This document shows positions 38,232 to 48,062 of a DNA stretch of 64,000 nt, piece by piece (the first letter of the stretch is position 1; each line of letters starts with the position of its first letter). The stretch is from positions 96,001 through 160,000 of the forward strand of contig CBDCLE010000005.1 of the NCBI GenBank assembly GCA_965218585.1. Direction: 5' to 3'. The notes under the pieces were generated by a model. It was not told the origin of the DNA, ran no database searches, and saw nothing but the letters and a program-made list of their open reading frames with translations. The translations under genes were made by a program, and so were the position numbers. This DNA comes from Terriglobia bacterium. Lineage in GTDB: Bacteria > Acidobacteriota > Terriglobia > 20CM-2-55-15.

Positions 38232-40850
38232 ATGGCAAAGAAAACCGAAATGACGCCGATGATGCGTCAGTATCACGCGATCAAGGAGGAGGTGCCCGGT
38301 ACGCTCCTCATGTTCCGCCTGGGAGACTTCTACGAGCTTTTTTTTGAGGATGCCGTAACTGCGTCAGGTGAGCTGGACATCACGTTGACCGCCCGGCAGA
38401 AGGAAAGCGGCTCCCCTATTCCGATGTGCGGCGTCCCCTATCACGCAGCCGAGGGCTATATCGCCAAGCTTCTCCGAAAAGGCCACAAAGTCGCCGTCTG
38501 TGATCAAACCGAACCACCCAGAAAAGGCGTGAAGCTGGTCCGGCGTGAGGTCACCCGCGTCATCACTCCCGGAACCGTGACCGATCTCACCGTATTGAAA
38601 TCGGGTGAAAACAATTTCCTGATGGGACTCATCGAACGAGACGACGGTCTTGGGGTTGCTTTCCTGGACCTCTCAACAGGTGAGTTCCGGGCCTTCCAAC
38701 GTCAAGAAGAGGATCGGTGGGACCGACTGTGGCTTGATCTGGATCACTTTCAACCCAAGGAAGTCGTGTTCCCCAGATCCGCCGAACAGCGTGTCCCCCA
38801 AATGAATGGATGCGTCCGTACCCCACTCGACGACTGGACCTTTGACGCTGACGCGGCCTCGCGCGCCCTCAAGGACCAATTCGGAACCTCGAGCCTCGAG
38901 GGCTTCGGCTGTTCCGATCTGGGACTGGCGATCGGTGCGGCGGGAGGAGTCATCCACTACGCGCGCCAGACGCAGAAGACCTCCCTGGAACACATATCGG
39001 GTCTGCAGTGCGACACGCGTGCTGATTACATGGTGTTGGACGCCTCTTCTATCCGAAACCTGGAGCTTTTCGAATCCATCAGCGGGGGCAGCGACAAGGA
39101 CACGCTTCTGGGGGTCGTCGACCGAACTGCGACCGGAATGGGGGCCCGGCTTCTTCGTCAGTGGATGATCCGCCCTTCGATCGATTCCGAAGAGATTATC
39201 GAGCGTCAGGATGCGGTGGGAGAGTTGGTATCTTCAGCCGCGGTGCTCGATCGCACACGGGCTTCGTTCGAAGGGATTGCAGATTTTGAGCGGCTCCTCG
39301 GCAAAGTCATTCTGGGAACTGCGGCGCCCAGGGAGTTGGTTTCCCTCCGCAGCGCCTTCGAGAAATTGCCCGCTCTGGGTGAGGCCATGGGAGGGATGGC
39401 TTGCAACCGTTTCAAGGCGATGTCCACCGACCTGGACCCGCTCGAGGATCTCTACCAGCTGCTGGCTGTCTCGATTGAGGAAGAGCCTGCAGCCACATTT
39501 GCAGATGGGGGCGTGATTCGCGATGGCTTCGATCAGGGACTGGACCAGCTGCGTGCGATATCTCGGGACAGCAAGACCTACCTTGCGAGCCTGGAAGCGC
39601 GTGAAAAGGAACGCACCGGGATAGCTTCGCTCAAAGTGCGTTTCAACCGCGTGTTCGGCTACTACATCGAGATTTCAAAGGCGAATCTCCATCTGGCACC
39701 GGAGGACTATGTACGCAAGCAGACTCTTGTCGGGGCCGAGCGTTTCGTCACCGAAGAGCTCAAGGAATACGAAGAAAAGATTCTGACCGCTGAAGAGCGG
39801 ATGATCGCGCTGGAGAAGGAGTTATTTGTCGGAATTCGCGACACGCTTGCGGCAGGAGCTGCCAGGATTCGAGGGTCTGCCCAAATCGTCGCCCAGTGCG
39901 ACTGCCTGACGGGACTCGCTGTCCTCGCTCGGAGATTCGACTACCAGCGACCCGAACTATCGAGAGACGGGTCCCTACTGATCAAAGCCGGACGCCATCC
40001 CGTACTGGAGGTCCTGGCCGAAGAACATCGGGCCGAACGCTTTGTTCCGAACGACTTATTCATGGACGAAGGGAAGAGCCGGATCCACATCATCACCGGC
40101 CCGAACATGGGCGGCAAATCCACTTTTCTCAGGCAAAGCGCGCTGATCGTCATACTGGCTCAGATGGGGTCGTTCATACCGGCCCAGTTTGCCCGGTGTC
40201 CCATCGTAGACCGGGTTTTTACTCGAATCGGGGCTTCCGACGATCTTGCCCGGGGGCGGTCCACCTTCATGGTTGAAATGACCGAAGCGGCCATCATTCT
40301 GAATGCGGCCACTCCGGACAGCCTGGTTATCCTGGATGAGGTCGGCCGGGGAACAGCCACCTTTGACGGACTTTCCATCGCCTGGGCCGTCATCGAGCAT
40401 CTTCAGGCCCGCGTGGGCGCAAAGACCTTATTTGCAACGCATTACCACGAACTGACGGAGTTAGCCGATCTGCTTTCAGGCGTGAGCAACTTTCACGTCA
40501 CGGTCAAGGAATCGGAGAACAGGATCATCTTTCTGAGAAAAGTCGAGGCCGGGGCTGCGGACCGCAGCTACGGCATCGAAGTGGCCCGCCTGGCAGGAAT
40601 CCCCACCGCCGTCGTCGACCGAGCTCGAGAAATTTTGAAAAAACATGAGGAAACTGAGCACGAGTTGTCAGATAATCTCACGGTCCGAGCCAGACGCAAG
40701 AAACGTATTGTTATCAATCAGCTGTCGCTCTTTTCTCCGGAGGAGGAAGAGTTGAGGGCCCGGTTGCGTGATGTGGACGTGGAAAGTACATCGCCGCTGG
40801 AGGCCCTGAAACTTTTGGCCGACCTCAAGGACAAGATCGATCTCGACTGA
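38232..40850 (+). CDS. mutS: DNA mismatch repair protein MutS
   Basis: TPMMRQY, FRLGDFYELF, TGPNMGGKST, STFMVEM, DEVGRGT and SYGIEVA motifs. Confidence 0.97.
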   Translation: MAKKTEMTPMMRQYHAIKEEVPGTLLMFRLGDFYELFFEDAVTASGELDITLTARQKESGSPIPMCGVPYHAAEGYIAKLLRKGHKVAVCDQTEPPRKGVKLVRREVTRVITPGTVTDLTVLKSGENNFLMGLIERDDGLGVAFLDLSTGEFRAFQRQEEDRWDRLWLDLDHFQPKEVVFPRSAEQRVPQMNGCVRTPLDDWTFDADAASRALKDQFGTSSLEGFGCSDLGLAIGAAGGVIHYARQTQKTSLEHISGLQCDTRADYMVLDASSIRNLELFESISGGSDKDTLLGVVDRTATGMGARLLRQWMIRPSIDSEEIIERQDAVGELVSSAAVLDRTRASFEGIADFERLLGKVILGTAAPRELVSLRSAFEKLPALGEAMGGMACNRFKAMSTDLDPLEDLYQLLAVSIEEEPAATFADGGVIRDGFDQGLDQLRAISRDSKTYLASLEAREKERTGIASLKVRFNRVFGYYIEISKANLHLAPEDYVRKQTLVGAERFVTEELKEYEEKILTAEERMIALEKELFVGIRDTLAAGAARIRGSAQIVAQCDCLTGLAVLARRFDYQRPELSRDGSLLIKAGRHPVLEVLAEEHRAERFVPNDLFMDEGKSRIHIITGPNMGGKSTFLRQSALIVILAQMGSFIPAQFARCPIVDRVFTRIGASDDLARGRSTFMVEMTEAAIILNAATPDSLVILDEVGRGTATFDGLSIAWAVIEHLQARVGAKTLFATHYHELTELADLLSGVSNFHVTVKESENRIIFLRKVEAGAADRSYGIEVARLAGIPTAVVDRAREILKKHEETEHELSDNLTVRARRKKRIVINQLSLFSPEEEELRARLRDVDVESTSPLEALKLLADLKDKIDLD

Positions 40851-40915
40851 ACCGCGAGTGTGGAAGGTTGGAGATTCGACCTCCTTCTGGGGTGGGCTAT
40901 GGCGAAGTCCGCAGG

Positions 40916-42010
40916 ATGAAGGATTTACGACGTCTAACGCTGGAAGAACGCGTCGGCCAGCTTTTCATGGTCGGGTTCCAGGGGCCTGCCCTCGATGCCG
41001 GAACCGCACGCGTTCTCGATAGGATCCGTCCGGGTGGGTTCATCTGCTCTCAGCGAAATATCGACAGCCTGGATCAGATCTACGAACTGAACCTGGGTTT
41101 CGGGTCAAAGGCCAGCCTTGCTCCGCTGTTGGCGATCGATCAGGAAGGCGGAGCCCTGGATCGGTTGAAGCATGTCGTCGCACCGATTCCTTCTGTTGCA
41201 GATCTGGCTGACCTGGGTACCTCTGCCGTCCGCGCTGGAGCCAGGCTCCTGGCTTCAGAGCTCGAAGCGGCCGGCTTCAACACCAACCTCGCCCCGGTTC
41301 TGGATCTCGGACTACCCGGATGCGTTGTTCGGGAGCGGACCCTCGGTGCCAGTCCTGCCGAAGTCGGACGCCTGGCCAAGGTCGTGATCGATGAGTTCGA
41401 GAAAAAGCGAATTCTGACATGTGGGCGGCATTTTCCCGGCCTGGGGGGGGCGAGCCGGGATCCCCACTTCGTGTTGCCACGGATTGAGCGAAGCCGCCGG
41501 GAACTTCTCGCAGAAGACGTTGTTCCGTTCAACGACCTCTCGGACCGGTTGGACCTGATCATGGTTTCCCATGGCCATTACCCGGCGCTGGGCGATATCC
41601 GCCCTGTTCCCGCATCCCTGTCGCACAGAATCGTGGGCGGCCTTCTCCGAGAGACAGTGGGGTTCGAGGGCGTGGTGATGACGGATGATCTGACGATGGG
41701 GGCGGCGACCTCAGTCGGACTAACGCCAAAGACGTTTCTGAAGGCTGTCGAGGCCGGAAACGACATGGTTCTGTTTTCACAGACGACGCCATTGCTCGAA
41801 GAGGCGTTCGACCTGATTCTGGCCACAGCCAAATCCGACATTAAACTTCGAAAGCGGATTGATCAGTCGATCGAACGTGTCCTGTACCTTAAGAGCAAGA
41901 TCGAATTTGCCCCCTTGCGAAACAGGCCCCACGCCAAGCCCCGTCTGACACGTCAAATCGAGAAGTTGAAGCAGTCCATACCGACCGTGGAGAAGGTGCA
42001 AGTCAGGTAG
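40916..42010 (+). CDS. Glycoside hydrolase family 3 (NagZ-like beta-N-acetylhexosaminidase)
   Basis: GQLFMVGF, AIDQEGG, N.APVLD, HFPGLG....DPH, TDDL.MGA and AG.DM motifs. Confidence 0.82.
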   Translation: MKDLRRLTLEERVGQLFMVGFQGPALDAGTARVLDRIRPGGFICSQRNIDSLDQIYELNLGFGSKASLAPLLAIDQEGGALDRLKHVVAPIPSVADLADLGTSAVRAGARLLASELEAAGFNTNLAPVLDLGLPGCVVRERTLGASPAEVGRLAKVVIDEFEKKRILTCGRHFPGLGGASRDPHFVLPRIERSRRELLAEDVVPFNDLSDRLDLIMVSHGHYPALGDIRPVPASLSHRIVGGLLRETVGFEGVVMTDDLTMGAATSVGLTPKTFLKAVEAGNDMVLFSQTTPLLEEAFDLILATAKSDIKLRKRIDQSIERVLYLKSKIEFAPLRNRPHAKPRLTRQIEKLKQSIPTVEKVQVR

Positions 42011-42096
42011 GGGGCCTCATGTGCCTTCGTCTCCTGATCTTGTTTGACAACGGAGGACCGTCTCCTCTGCTTTTGCTGCAACGTTTCGGCGTAAAG

Positions 42097-42166
42097 GTGG
42101 GGACAGGTCACTCTTTTTGCCACGTGAAGACCAGCGTATGGCTCAAAAAGAGTGACCTGTCCCCAC
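42097..42166. repeat. Perfect 23-bp inverted repeat with GGGGACAG motif (REP/MITE-like)
   Basis: GTGGGGACAGGTCACTCTTTTTG (42097-42119) pairs with CAAAAAGAGTGACCTGTCCCCAC (42144-42166) around a 24-nt loop. Confidence 0.85.
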
Positions 42167-42173
42167 TTTTTTG

Positions 42174-42278
42174 CGTAACGTTCCGCTGTGTCCCCGAAAG
42201 GGCTTGCGGTCAGGATGATCGCGAGCGTCGCCGGTCGTTCAGACAGGATGTCTGAATGAACGACCGAGCGAAATCTTC
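42174..42278 (+). repeat. Non-coding repeat, copy 1 (shared with 53799-54004)
   Basis: CGTAACGTTC...AAAGGGCTTGCG followed by TCAGACAGGATGTCTGAATGAACGACCGAGCGAAATCTTC (37/40 with 53966-54004). Confidence 0.8.
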
Positions 42279-42392
42279 TGCGTGGACCTAAGCAATTGCT
42301 CAACGGTTCCGGACGCTCACACGCCAAGTGAACATCCTAAGTGTTCACAGCCACAGACCTCAACCGTCACACCGAGTGCTACCATACCTCCT

Positions 42393-43913
42393 ATGTTCGG
42401 AAGCTTCCGAAACACGGCTGCCCTTTTAATCATTTCCTCGGTCCTTATCGGCTGCGACAACGGTCCCGTGTCGCCGGACATGGTGACACTGGCGCTCGAC
42501 GGTGCGCCGACGAACCTGGATCCGAGGATCGGCGTGGACGCGTATTCAGAACGGCTGAGTCCGCTTCTCTTTAATTCCCTTGTCCGTAAGGATGAGAACT
42601 CCGCGATCATTCCCGACCTGGCCGAGAGCTGGGACATTCCGGACTCGACGACCTACGTTTTTCATCTGAGAGAAGGCGTTCGCTTCCACGACGGACGGGA
42701 ACTGACCGCGGATGACGTCGTCTATACCGTCAGGAGTATCCTGGATGGCACCGTCCAAACTGCGAAATTAGGGACCTATCGGCTCGTAGATACTGTCGAG
42801 GCTTTGGATCCGTATACAGTCCGCTTTAAATTGAGCGAACCCTACGCGCCTTTTCTCTGGAACCTGATCCCCGAGGCAATCGGTATCGTCCCGGATGGCG
42901 CAGGACCCGACTTTGTGGATCACCTGATCGGAACCGGGCCGTTTGTTTTTGAGCACTACATCCGGGACGGTGAAATCGTTCTTCGTGCCAACGAAGATTA
43001 TTTCGGAGACCCACCGTCGTTGGAAGCGGTTCGGTTCAAGATCGTACCCGATGCGGTTGTCCGTGCCCTGGAGCTGCGTAAGGGAACCGTAGATATCGCG
43101 CTCAACATGCTCCCGGCCGACATGGTGGAGGCGCTTCGGAGTGAGCCTCATCTGGAAGTTCTGAACAGCGAAGGAAGCAACTACCAGTACCTGACATTCA
43201 ATCTGGAGGACCCACTCTTTCGAGACATACGTGTGCGCCGGGCGATTGCTCATGCGGTGGATCGCGAGGGGATCGTCAAGTACCTGTGGCGCAACCAGGC
43301 GCGTCTGGCTGATTCGGTTCTTCCGCCGGAGAATTGGGCGTATTCCTCAGACGTCACAGAGTATCCCTACGACCCGGAACTAGCGCGTTCGATTCTCGAA
43401 GAGGCCGGTTACTGGGATCTCAGCTTCACCTATCGGACCTCTACAGACCCTCTCGGCCTGCTCCAGGCGGCCGTTCTGCAGCAGCAGTTCAAGGAGATGG
43501 GTATCAACATGGAAATCCGTTCCAACGAGTTTGCGACGTTCTTCGCTGATGTCATCGCGGGCAACTTTCAGATCTATTCGCTGAGGTGGGTCGGGGGCAA
43601 CAACGATCCGGATATCTTCAATCTTATTTTTCACTCAGCGATGTTTCCACCGAATGGGGCCAATCGAGGACGGTACGATAATCCAGAGATCGACCGGCTG
43701 ATCGATCTTGCGCGGACGGAGACCGACATGGAAATTCGAAAGGAATATTACGCCCGGATCCAGAAAATAATATCTGACGACCTACCTTATGTTTCGCTGT
43801 ATTACACCAACAACGTTGCCGTCATCAACGAGCGTATCCGGGGCATGCGGCTTTACGCCGCGGGTGACTACGAGTTCTTGAACGAGATCACGATTCGTGA
43901 TCAGCCCGAGTAG
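42393..43913 (+). CDS. ABC transporter substrate-binding lipoprotein, family 5 (peptide/nickel, DppA/OppA-like)
   Basis: Lipobox LIGC, PDLAESW, F.LR.GV.FHDG, GTGPF, VRRAIAHAVD and Y.NPE.D motifs. Confidence 0.9.
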   Translation: MFGSFRNTAALLIISSVLIGCDNGPVSPDMVTLALDGAPTNLDPRIGVDAYSERLSPLLFNSLVRKDENSAIIPDLAESWDIPDSTTYVFHLREGVRFHDGRELTADDVVYTVRSILDGTVQTAKLGTYRLVDTVEALDPYTVRFKLSEPYAPFLWNLIPEAIGIVPDGAGPDFVDHLIGTGPFVFEHYIRDGEIVLRANEDYFGDPPSLEAVRFKIVPDAVVRALELRKGTVDIALNMLPADMVEALRSEPHLEVLNSEGSNYQYLTFNLEDPLFRDIRVRRAIAHAVDREGIVKYLWRNQARLADSVLPPENWAYSSDVTEYPYDPELARSILEEAGYWDLSFTYRTSTDPLGLLQAAVLQQQFKEMGINMEIRSNEFATFFADVIAGNFQIYSLRWVGGNNDPDIFNLIFHSAMFPPNGANRGRYDNPEIDRLIDLARTETDMEIRKEYYARIQKIISDDLPYVSLYYTNNVAVINERIRGMRLYAAGDYEFLNEITIRDQPE

Positions 43914-43933
43914 AGCGCAGTACCAAATCCAAC

Positions 43934-44326
43934 CTAAACTGGCTTTCCGGGTCTGAGCTTTCGATGTTTCCGCGACGACGCACGGGGTGCCGATTTACGG
44001 GTCACAAATTTGTGCGCCATGCCGAGCAAGTCCCGCAACATATCGGGATCGACGTGAGACAAGCGAACCAGAACCCAGTCATAGCTGACGTAGTGGTCCG
44101 TCGCGTAGTAAACATCGGGGGCCTGGGCGAGCAACTCCGCGCGATCATCGAAATCCACCTGAACGGCAAGTGAACCGGGTTCGGCCGAACGATTCGCTGG
44201 GACGCATGCCAGGAGTTTTCCGCGGACCTTGAGCGCCGGGAAGCCGTACGCCGTGCTCTCCTCCACGTCGGGTAATGCGAGTCCGATATTCTTCACGGTG
44301 TCGAAGTCGATTGTGCTCTTTGGCAT
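43934..44326 (-). CDS. MmcQ/YjbR family protein
   Basis: LALPDVEE..YG.PALKVRGK, P..Y..T.HY..Y.WVLVRL motifs. Confidence 0.8.
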   Translation of the reverse strand: MPKSTIDFDTVKNIGLALPDVEESTAYGFPALKVRGKLLACVPANRSAEPGSLAVQVDFDDRAELLAQAPDVYYATDHYVSYDWVLVRLSHVDPDMLRDLLGMAHKFVTRKSAPRASSRKHRKLRPGKPV

Positions 44327-44405
44327 AGCCCAGTGCGATTCTGTAGGATCTTGTGAATTCTCAGACGAAGGCTGAACCTTCTCGGCTGAGCCCGTTCACT
44401 TCCAC

Positions 44406-45293
44406 CTATTCGTCTCGATACTTTGGTACAGCGTTCAATGCGGGTGCGAATGAATTCTCAAGATCGCATTCACTCCAATTTCGGTAAGCATCGAAAAGGG
44501 ATTCGTCGAATGGACGATCCGATCGGACAAATTCGAGGGTTTCTGTAAAAGGCTCACTCAAAAAGAGTGGGTCTTCAACTGTGAATACCATTCTTAATCG
44601 GTCGGGTGCTATGAGGGAATAGCGTTCGGTGATGCGTTTGAGCCATGACGAGGGGATCTGGCCCTGGAAGTCGATTCCGTTCGGATCAAACGCAAAGTTT
44701 GTCGTTTCAACGACCAGTTCATCTCCTTCGTACCGGCCAATGGAATGTCCCCAATAAGAGACGTAGTCCGGATCGCTTGGGGCTGGATGCGACCGACCGT
44801 CCATCCAGATGGTGCGAGTGATAAAAATATTGAAATTACTGGTCTCGCCCTGTTGCCACTCTTGCACGATTCGGCTAGTCTGCTGATCAATGCGTACCGC
44901 ACCCCCGCCGAATACCCACCTGCTGGGTATGGATTCCGGCACACAGTAAAATTTTCCTTCTATCAGTTCATCATGGAACTCGATCCACGCCAGCGCCCTC
45001 TCGGTCAGCTTCAGTTGTTCCATTGAAAACCTGCAGCCTCCGCGAGGGACCCCTCGGGCGTCAGTCGGAAAGTCCTCACAGTCCAGCGAGCCTTCGTTCG
45101 ACCTTTCTACACGGACCCACGCGCCTCCCAGACGGGGCATCTCGTCCACTTCGGCACGCGCTAAACCCAGTATATCTTCCACTTGGACCGGAGTCTGACT
45201 CTCCAGATCCATTGGAACCGCGATCATCAAAACAGCCACAAAAGCGATGCCGGCAAAAGGATTCCATCCGTTGTGAAAATCTTTAGTTCTCAT
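44406..45293 (-). CDS. Secreted hypothetical protein, partner of the DUF6152-like gene
   Basis: Signal-like N-terminus, PRLGGAW, C.P, RTIWMDG, GHSIGRYEGDELVVETT, ERYS, EDP and terminal C; paralog at 60904-61661. Confidence 0.72.
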   Translation of the reverse strand: MRTKDFHNGWNPFAGIAFVAVLMIAVPMDLESQTPVQVEDILGLARAEVDEMPRLGGAWVRVERSNEGSLDCEDFPTDARGVPRGGCRFSMEQLKLTERALAWIEFHDELIEGKFYCVPESIPSRWVFGGGAVRIDQQTSRIVQEWQQGETSNFNIFITRTIWMDGRSHPAPSDPDYVSYWGHSIGRYEGDELVVETTNFAFDPNGIDFQGQIPSSWLKRITERYSLIAPDRLRMVFTVEDPLFLSEPFTETLEFVRSDRPFDESLFDAYRNWSECDLENSFAPALNAVPKYRDE

Positions 45294-45311
45294 TACTGTC
45301 TGCTCCTTGAG

Positions 45312-45749
45312 TCACTGACTGGGTTGCGGCCCGTCGTCCAATAGCTCCTCTAGCAATTCCTCCGGACGATTCGGGTCGCCAAACGCCTGCCCGAATGTGG
45401 TGCCGTCTGCCTTGATCACCGTCCATATGACTATCCCCATCGCGGCTGGATTCCTTCCAGGACTGCCAAGGACTGTGACGGTTTCACCAGGATCGATTGC
45501 GATATTTAACATTCGCGCAGCGCTAGGTCCTTCTGCCCTCCAGCTCACTTTCCGGCCATCTTCCTCGGTCACCTCGAGCATGAAACTGCTGTGGGGATTT
45601 CTCATCCGTATATCGGTGACGACTCCCGTTAGCGGAATAACTTGATTCACGTCATAGAACGTCGCCGCAGCATGGTGTGCCTGACCGAACACTGCCGCCG
45701 TGAGTACTACAAGGGTCAGTATGCACCACATGCTTATGTGTCTTTTCAT
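45312..45749 (-). CDS. DUF6152-like secreted protein (mature N-terminus His-His)
   Basis: Signal peptide ...GQA|HHAAA, G.VT....NPH, W..E, PG..VTV.G motifs; start at MKRHIS with GGAG upstream. Confidence 0.75.
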   Translation of the reverse strand: MKRHISMWCILTLVVLTAAVFGQAHHAAATFYDVNQVIPLTGVVTDIRMRNPHSSFMLEVTEEDGRKVSWRAEGPSAARMLNIAIDPGETVTVLGSPGRNPAAMGIVIWTVIKADGTTFGQAFGDPNRPEELLEELLDDGPQPSQ

Positions 45750-45916
45750 GTCCTTTTCTCTCCTGTGATGTTCATTCCACAAGGTCGCTTTCAGCTTGAA
45801 GGATCGTACCAGATGCCGTGACTGCATGCCCGATCTGAAAAGGGTTCGCCCTAAATGAGTGTGACCCCACGTTCACAGCACGCGAAACGCTCTCGGTCTT
45901 AGACAGCCTCCATGGG

Positions 45917-46519
45917 TCAGTTGATTCCAAGCCGATATGCCGTAATCAAGAGAACTTCTCGAAGGCTGTACCAGGCCCGGCTCGTAGATGACGTTTCAAT
46001 CAAGCTTGCAGGTGCGGGCGATACCAGAGCCCGAAGTTCGTTATCTTCAAAAATCTGACCGACCCGATAAAGGTGGAATCCATCGCTGACGACAAGAGCC
46101 GTGCCCCATCCGTTGGACTCCATCAAACGGACAACGGCCAGTACCGTGTCATATGTGGTGCCACTTCCCTGCTCGGTCACGATCTGGGACGGATCGACAC
46201 CGTGTTCAGATAAGTATTCGGTTGCGACGTGGGCTTCAGAGAAATTTAGGTCGGGTCCGAAACTTCCCGTGGTGACGAGAACGTTCGCGTGGCCCGCGTC
46301 GAAGAGATCAAGGGCGTGATCGAGGCGGGCCTGGAAGACGGGTGACGGTTGTCCGTTGTACTGAGCCGCCCCAAGAATGACAATCGCGTCGGCTGCGCCG
46401 GCTTCGTCCATACCCGCAATCCTCCGAACCTGAACATATGTCACCGCTGTGTAGGCGGCGATCAGGAGGCCGGCGAGGGCCGTCACCAGCACGAGTCTTC
46501 TGAGGCGGGTGCCTTTCAT
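45917..46519 (-). CDS. YdcF/DUF218 family protein
   Basis: DAIVILGA, .RLD.A..L, SEA, E..S.TT, VSD.FHL.R and RE motifs. Confidence 0.85.
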   Translation of the reverse strand: MKGTRLRRLVLVTALAGLLIAAYTAVTYVQVRRIAGMDEAGAADAIVILGAAQYNGQPSPVFQARLDHALDLFDAGHANVLVTTGSFGPDLNFSEAHVATEYLSEHGVDPSQIVTEQGSGTTYDTVLAVVRLMESNGWGTALVVSDGFHLYRVGQIFEDNELRALVSPAPASLIETSSTSRAWYSLREVLLITAYRLGIN

Positions 46520-47163
46520 GCCGTTCGCCTCTGGAGGTGGCCGTCGAAAAAACGGACCAACTGATCGTGGGTGATGGGACCTTCCCGGATAAGAACTGGC
46601 GGCTCGGAAGAAACGTCCAGGATCGTGGAGGGGGGGCGAGCCTCGAGGGGTCCTCCATCGATCACGATATCGACCGCGTTCCCCAGGTGAACAATGGCTT
46701 CATCCGCCGATCTGGCCGCGGGTTCTCCACTGCGGTTCGCACTGGTTCCGGTGATCGCGCCACCCAGGGCCTGGACGATCCGGCACGGAAGTGACGCTTC
46801 CGGGAAACGTAAGCCGATCTTTCCGGTGCCAGAGGTAAGCCGGTCCGAAACATGTTTTGCCGCTCCGGTCACCAGGGTGATCGGGCCCGGCCAAAAGGCG
46901 GCCGCCACTTCTTCGAATAGAGGATTTGGCACGCTGAAAGCCCGGGCCATTTCTAACGAGTCCACGATCAGAAGGATAGGTTTCGATGGATCTCGACCTT
47001 TTAATTCGAACAATCGTTCTACTGCTTCTCGGCTCGAAGGGTTTACTCCGAGAGCATAGACCGTGTCCGTCGGAAAGCAGACGACGCCCCCGGAAACGAG
47101 TGTTTTGCCGATCTCGGCAAGGCTCGTTGGGTCGAGTTCGTCAGCGGCGATTAGACGTGTCAT
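46516..47163 (-). CDS. tsaC: L-threonylcarbamoyladenylate synthase (TsaC/YrdC)
   Basis: FPTDTVYAL, KGR...KP, FWPGP.T, TSAN.SG, PSTI.D and REG motifs. Confidence 0.9.
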   Translation of the reverse strand: MTRLIAADELDPTSLAEIGKTLVSGGVVCFPTDTVYALGVNPSSREAVERLFELKGRDPSKPILLIVDSLEMARAFSVPNPLFEEVAAAFWPGPITLVTGAAKHVSDRLTSGTGKIGLRFPEASLPCRIVQALGGAITGTSANRSGEPAARSADEAIVHLGNAVDIVIDGGPLEARPPSTILDVSSEPPVLIREGPITHDQLVRFFDGHLQRRTA

Positions 47164-47223
47164 ATTAAACAGTCACGAGTGAGGAGTGGGTGCCGCGTCC
47201 TCTGACTCGCCACTGGTCCCTAG

Positions 47224-47251
47224 CAACTTCTAACTTATAACTTATAACTCA
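47224..47251. repeat. Heptamer tandem repeat (CAACTTC TAACTTA TAACTTA TAACTCA)
   Basis: Four near-identical 7-mers in the tsaC/trmH divergent intergenic region. Confidence 0.6.
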
Positions 47252-47277
47252 CCTATAGCTGCGATAATACGACCGTC

Positions 47278-48057
47278 ATGGGCCCGGAACGGATTGGCAA
47301 GCACAACCGGAGACTAACGGAGATTCGGAAGTCCTTTCGCGAGGGCTGTCTGACCTCAGATGGGTTGCTTCCCATCGAAGGTCCCCGCTTACTGGATGAA
47401 GTGAGAAAGAGCGGACTGCAAATTGAAGAGCTCTTCATCCGGGAGGGAGACGTCTCGGAAGTCGACGCACGCCGAAGCTACACAGTGACGCCCTCGGTAT
47501 TCGGATCCCTGTGTGGCACGCGGGAGCCACAGGGTGTCATCGCGTTGGTCCGGCCCCCGACTTTTTCCTTCGAATCGATGCTCGGTGATGCCCGGCTTCT
47601 TCTGATCGTCCTGTGTGGTCTTCAGGATCCAGGAAACGTGGGCAGCATTCTGAGAATTGCGGAAGCTTTCGCGGCCAGCGGCTGCGTTGCAACCCGAGGT
47701 ACGACCAGCGTCTATAACGACAAGGTGGTTCGTGCGAGTGCGGGCAGCCTCTTCCGTCTGCCCCACGTGTGGGGTGCAGATTTCGCCTCAACCGTGGACC
47801 AACTCCGTTCAAGGGGCGTTCGAATCGTGGGTACGGCTATGGAAGCCGAACAAACCGTTCGGAGCGAAGACTGGCAGAGTCGGGCAGCGATATTATTCGG
47901 CAACGAGGGTGCCGGATTGAGCCCGGACGAACTCGCTGTTTGCGATAGCATAGTGCGGGTTCCCCACGCCGCCGCCGTCGATTCGCTCAACGCCGCTGCA
48001 GCAGCGGGCATTGTCCTGTATGAGGCGGCGCGTTACCGTAGCTCTGAGGCCGGTTAA
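47278..48057 (+). CDS. TrmH/SpoU family RNA methyltransferase
   Basis: IEG, PQGV.A, LQDPGNVG.I.R, RASAGS, FGNEG.GL and SLN motifs. Confidence 0.9.
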   Translation: MGPERIGKHNRRLTEIRKSFREGCLTSDGLLPIEGPRLLDEVRKSGLQIEELFIREGDVSEVDARRSYTVTPSVFGSLCGTREPQGVIALVRPPTFSFESMLGDARLLLIVLCGLQDPGNVGSILRIAEAFAASGCVATRGTTSVYNDKVVRASAGSLFRLPHVWGADFASTVDQLRSRGVRIVGTAMEAEQTVRSEDWQSRAAILFGNEGAGLSPDELAVCDSIVRVPHAAAVDSLNAAAAAGIVLYEAARYRSSEAG

Positions 48058-48062
48058 ACAAT

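Noticed and set aside
42019-42327. Short ORFs over the nagZ-ABC intergenic region
   Set aside because: They translate the palindromic repeats and have no RBS or protein-like features.
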